A stretch of DNA of 64,000 nt, taken from a virus. The translations under genes were made by a program, and so were the position numbers. Each line of letters begins with the position of its first letter. The first letter of the stretch is position 1. A model generated the notes under the pieces. That model ran no database searches. It saw only the letters and a program-made list of their open reading frames with translations, and was not told the origin of the DNA. Where the stretch lies: the IMG/VR virus record IMGVR_UViG_3300028840_003906; one strand, written 5' to 3'. This document shows positions 63,242-64,000 of this stretch, piece by piece.

Positions 63242-64000
63242 ATGCTCGGACAGTTTACGAGAGATCAGAACATGCCGGAATGTCCGTATGAGTCGTCGAC
63301 GAAGGTCGCCGATTCGATCAAGGTGTACTGGCATGAGAAAGGGTGGGTTCAAAATGTCACCCTGGATCCGAAGGACAAGATCTGGAAGGAGTGGTGGATC
63401 GGGGCGTCAGGTCTCCACAACGCGTGCCCGCGCATGTACGCTCTCATGTGTGCGGCTGGGTATGCGGGGGAGTTGAAGGCAGGGTTGGTGCCTCCGGGAA
63501 GTCTCTGGAACTTCGCCCAGGGGCACATGTACCACGATCTCTTTCAGTATCGGATCCTTCCGTCGTTCCCTGGGGCGATGCTGCTCGGGAAGTGGGAGCG
63601 GATGGTTTCTGGGACAGGGGAGGGGGTTCGCCACACTCCTAGCGAGGGATGTAGCGTCAGGTCAAAGGTGATGGTCAAGGAGGAGACCCAGTTCGTGAAC
63701 GAGGTTCCGGATGGTGTTCTTCTTGAGCGGGGTTGGGGGCCGAAGCCGCCGGGGGACGGATGGAAGTACTCTGAGCCGAAGGTCAGGATTCCGGATCTTC
63801 GTGCGGTTATCAAGTTGGATGGGATTGTCGACTGGAATCAGGACGGAGACCTGGAGATCCAGGAGATCAAGACCGAGAAGGAGAGTGCCAGGGAGGACCT
63901 GCACCCGTCGTTCGGTGGGAGGCCGCGTCAGAAGCATGTTGAGCAAGTGAACCTGGCCATGCTTGGGACTGGAATCGACCGTGCTCGAATCATCTACGTG
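63242..64000 (+). CDS. PD-(D/E)xK (Cas4-like) exonuclease, runs off window
   Basis: open frame from ATG 63242; CPR, GHMYH, KLDGIV...QEIKT, QVNL. Confidence 0.8.
   Translation, partial: MLGQFTRDQNMPECPYESSTKVADSIKVYWHEKGWVQNVTLDPKDKIWKEWWIGASGLHNACPRMYALMCAAGYAGELKAGLVPPGSLWNFAQGHMYHDLFQYRILPSFPGAMLLGKWERMVSGTGEGVRHTPSEGCSVRSKVMVKEETQFVNEVPDGVLLERGWGPKPPGDGWKYSEPKVRIPDLRAVIKLDGIVDWNQDGDLEIQEIKTEKESAREDLHPSFGGRPRQKHVEQVNLAMLGTGIDRARIIYV

Noticed and set aside
1-64000. Stop-codon recoding or suppressor tRNA
   Set aside because: Standard code gives dense, intact genes using all three stops; no CTA/TTA/TCA anticodon in a canonical loop

Overview
64 kb of a large, probably jumbo, dsDNA phage genome (early/middle accessory and replication region; no structural genes seen). 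All supported genes but one (a UvrD-like helicase) are on the + strand. The host may be Myxococcota/deltaproteobacterial; this is inferred from the LexA recognition helix and an Asp-rich lipoprotein. The window holds: a 12-tRNA array (954-2340); a second RNA region (47.4-53.6 kb) with tmRNA, tRNAs and several tRNA-shaped genes carrying anticodon-arm insertions; a solo TnpB; a PncA-PncB-NadE NAD salvage set interleaved with a vWA/PP2C/kinase triad and a SLOG protein; DnaC-DnaB-SSB-SF2 helicase; RecA, GroES, sHSP, KhpA; and a TROVE-like vWA plus ARPP pair. Top signals: (1) 12 copies of a LexA-type palindrome CGAAC-N4-GTTCG together with a phage LexA DNA-binding domain lacking the protease domain; (2) a deamidating NAD-regeneration route unlike NARP1/NARP2; (3) a circularly permuted tRNA-like, YrlA-type RNA candidate; (4) tRNA genes with intron-like inserts sharing a boundary motif; (5) a conserved pentaloop hairpin in many transcript leaders. 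All protein calls come from motif recognition by eye, not database searches.
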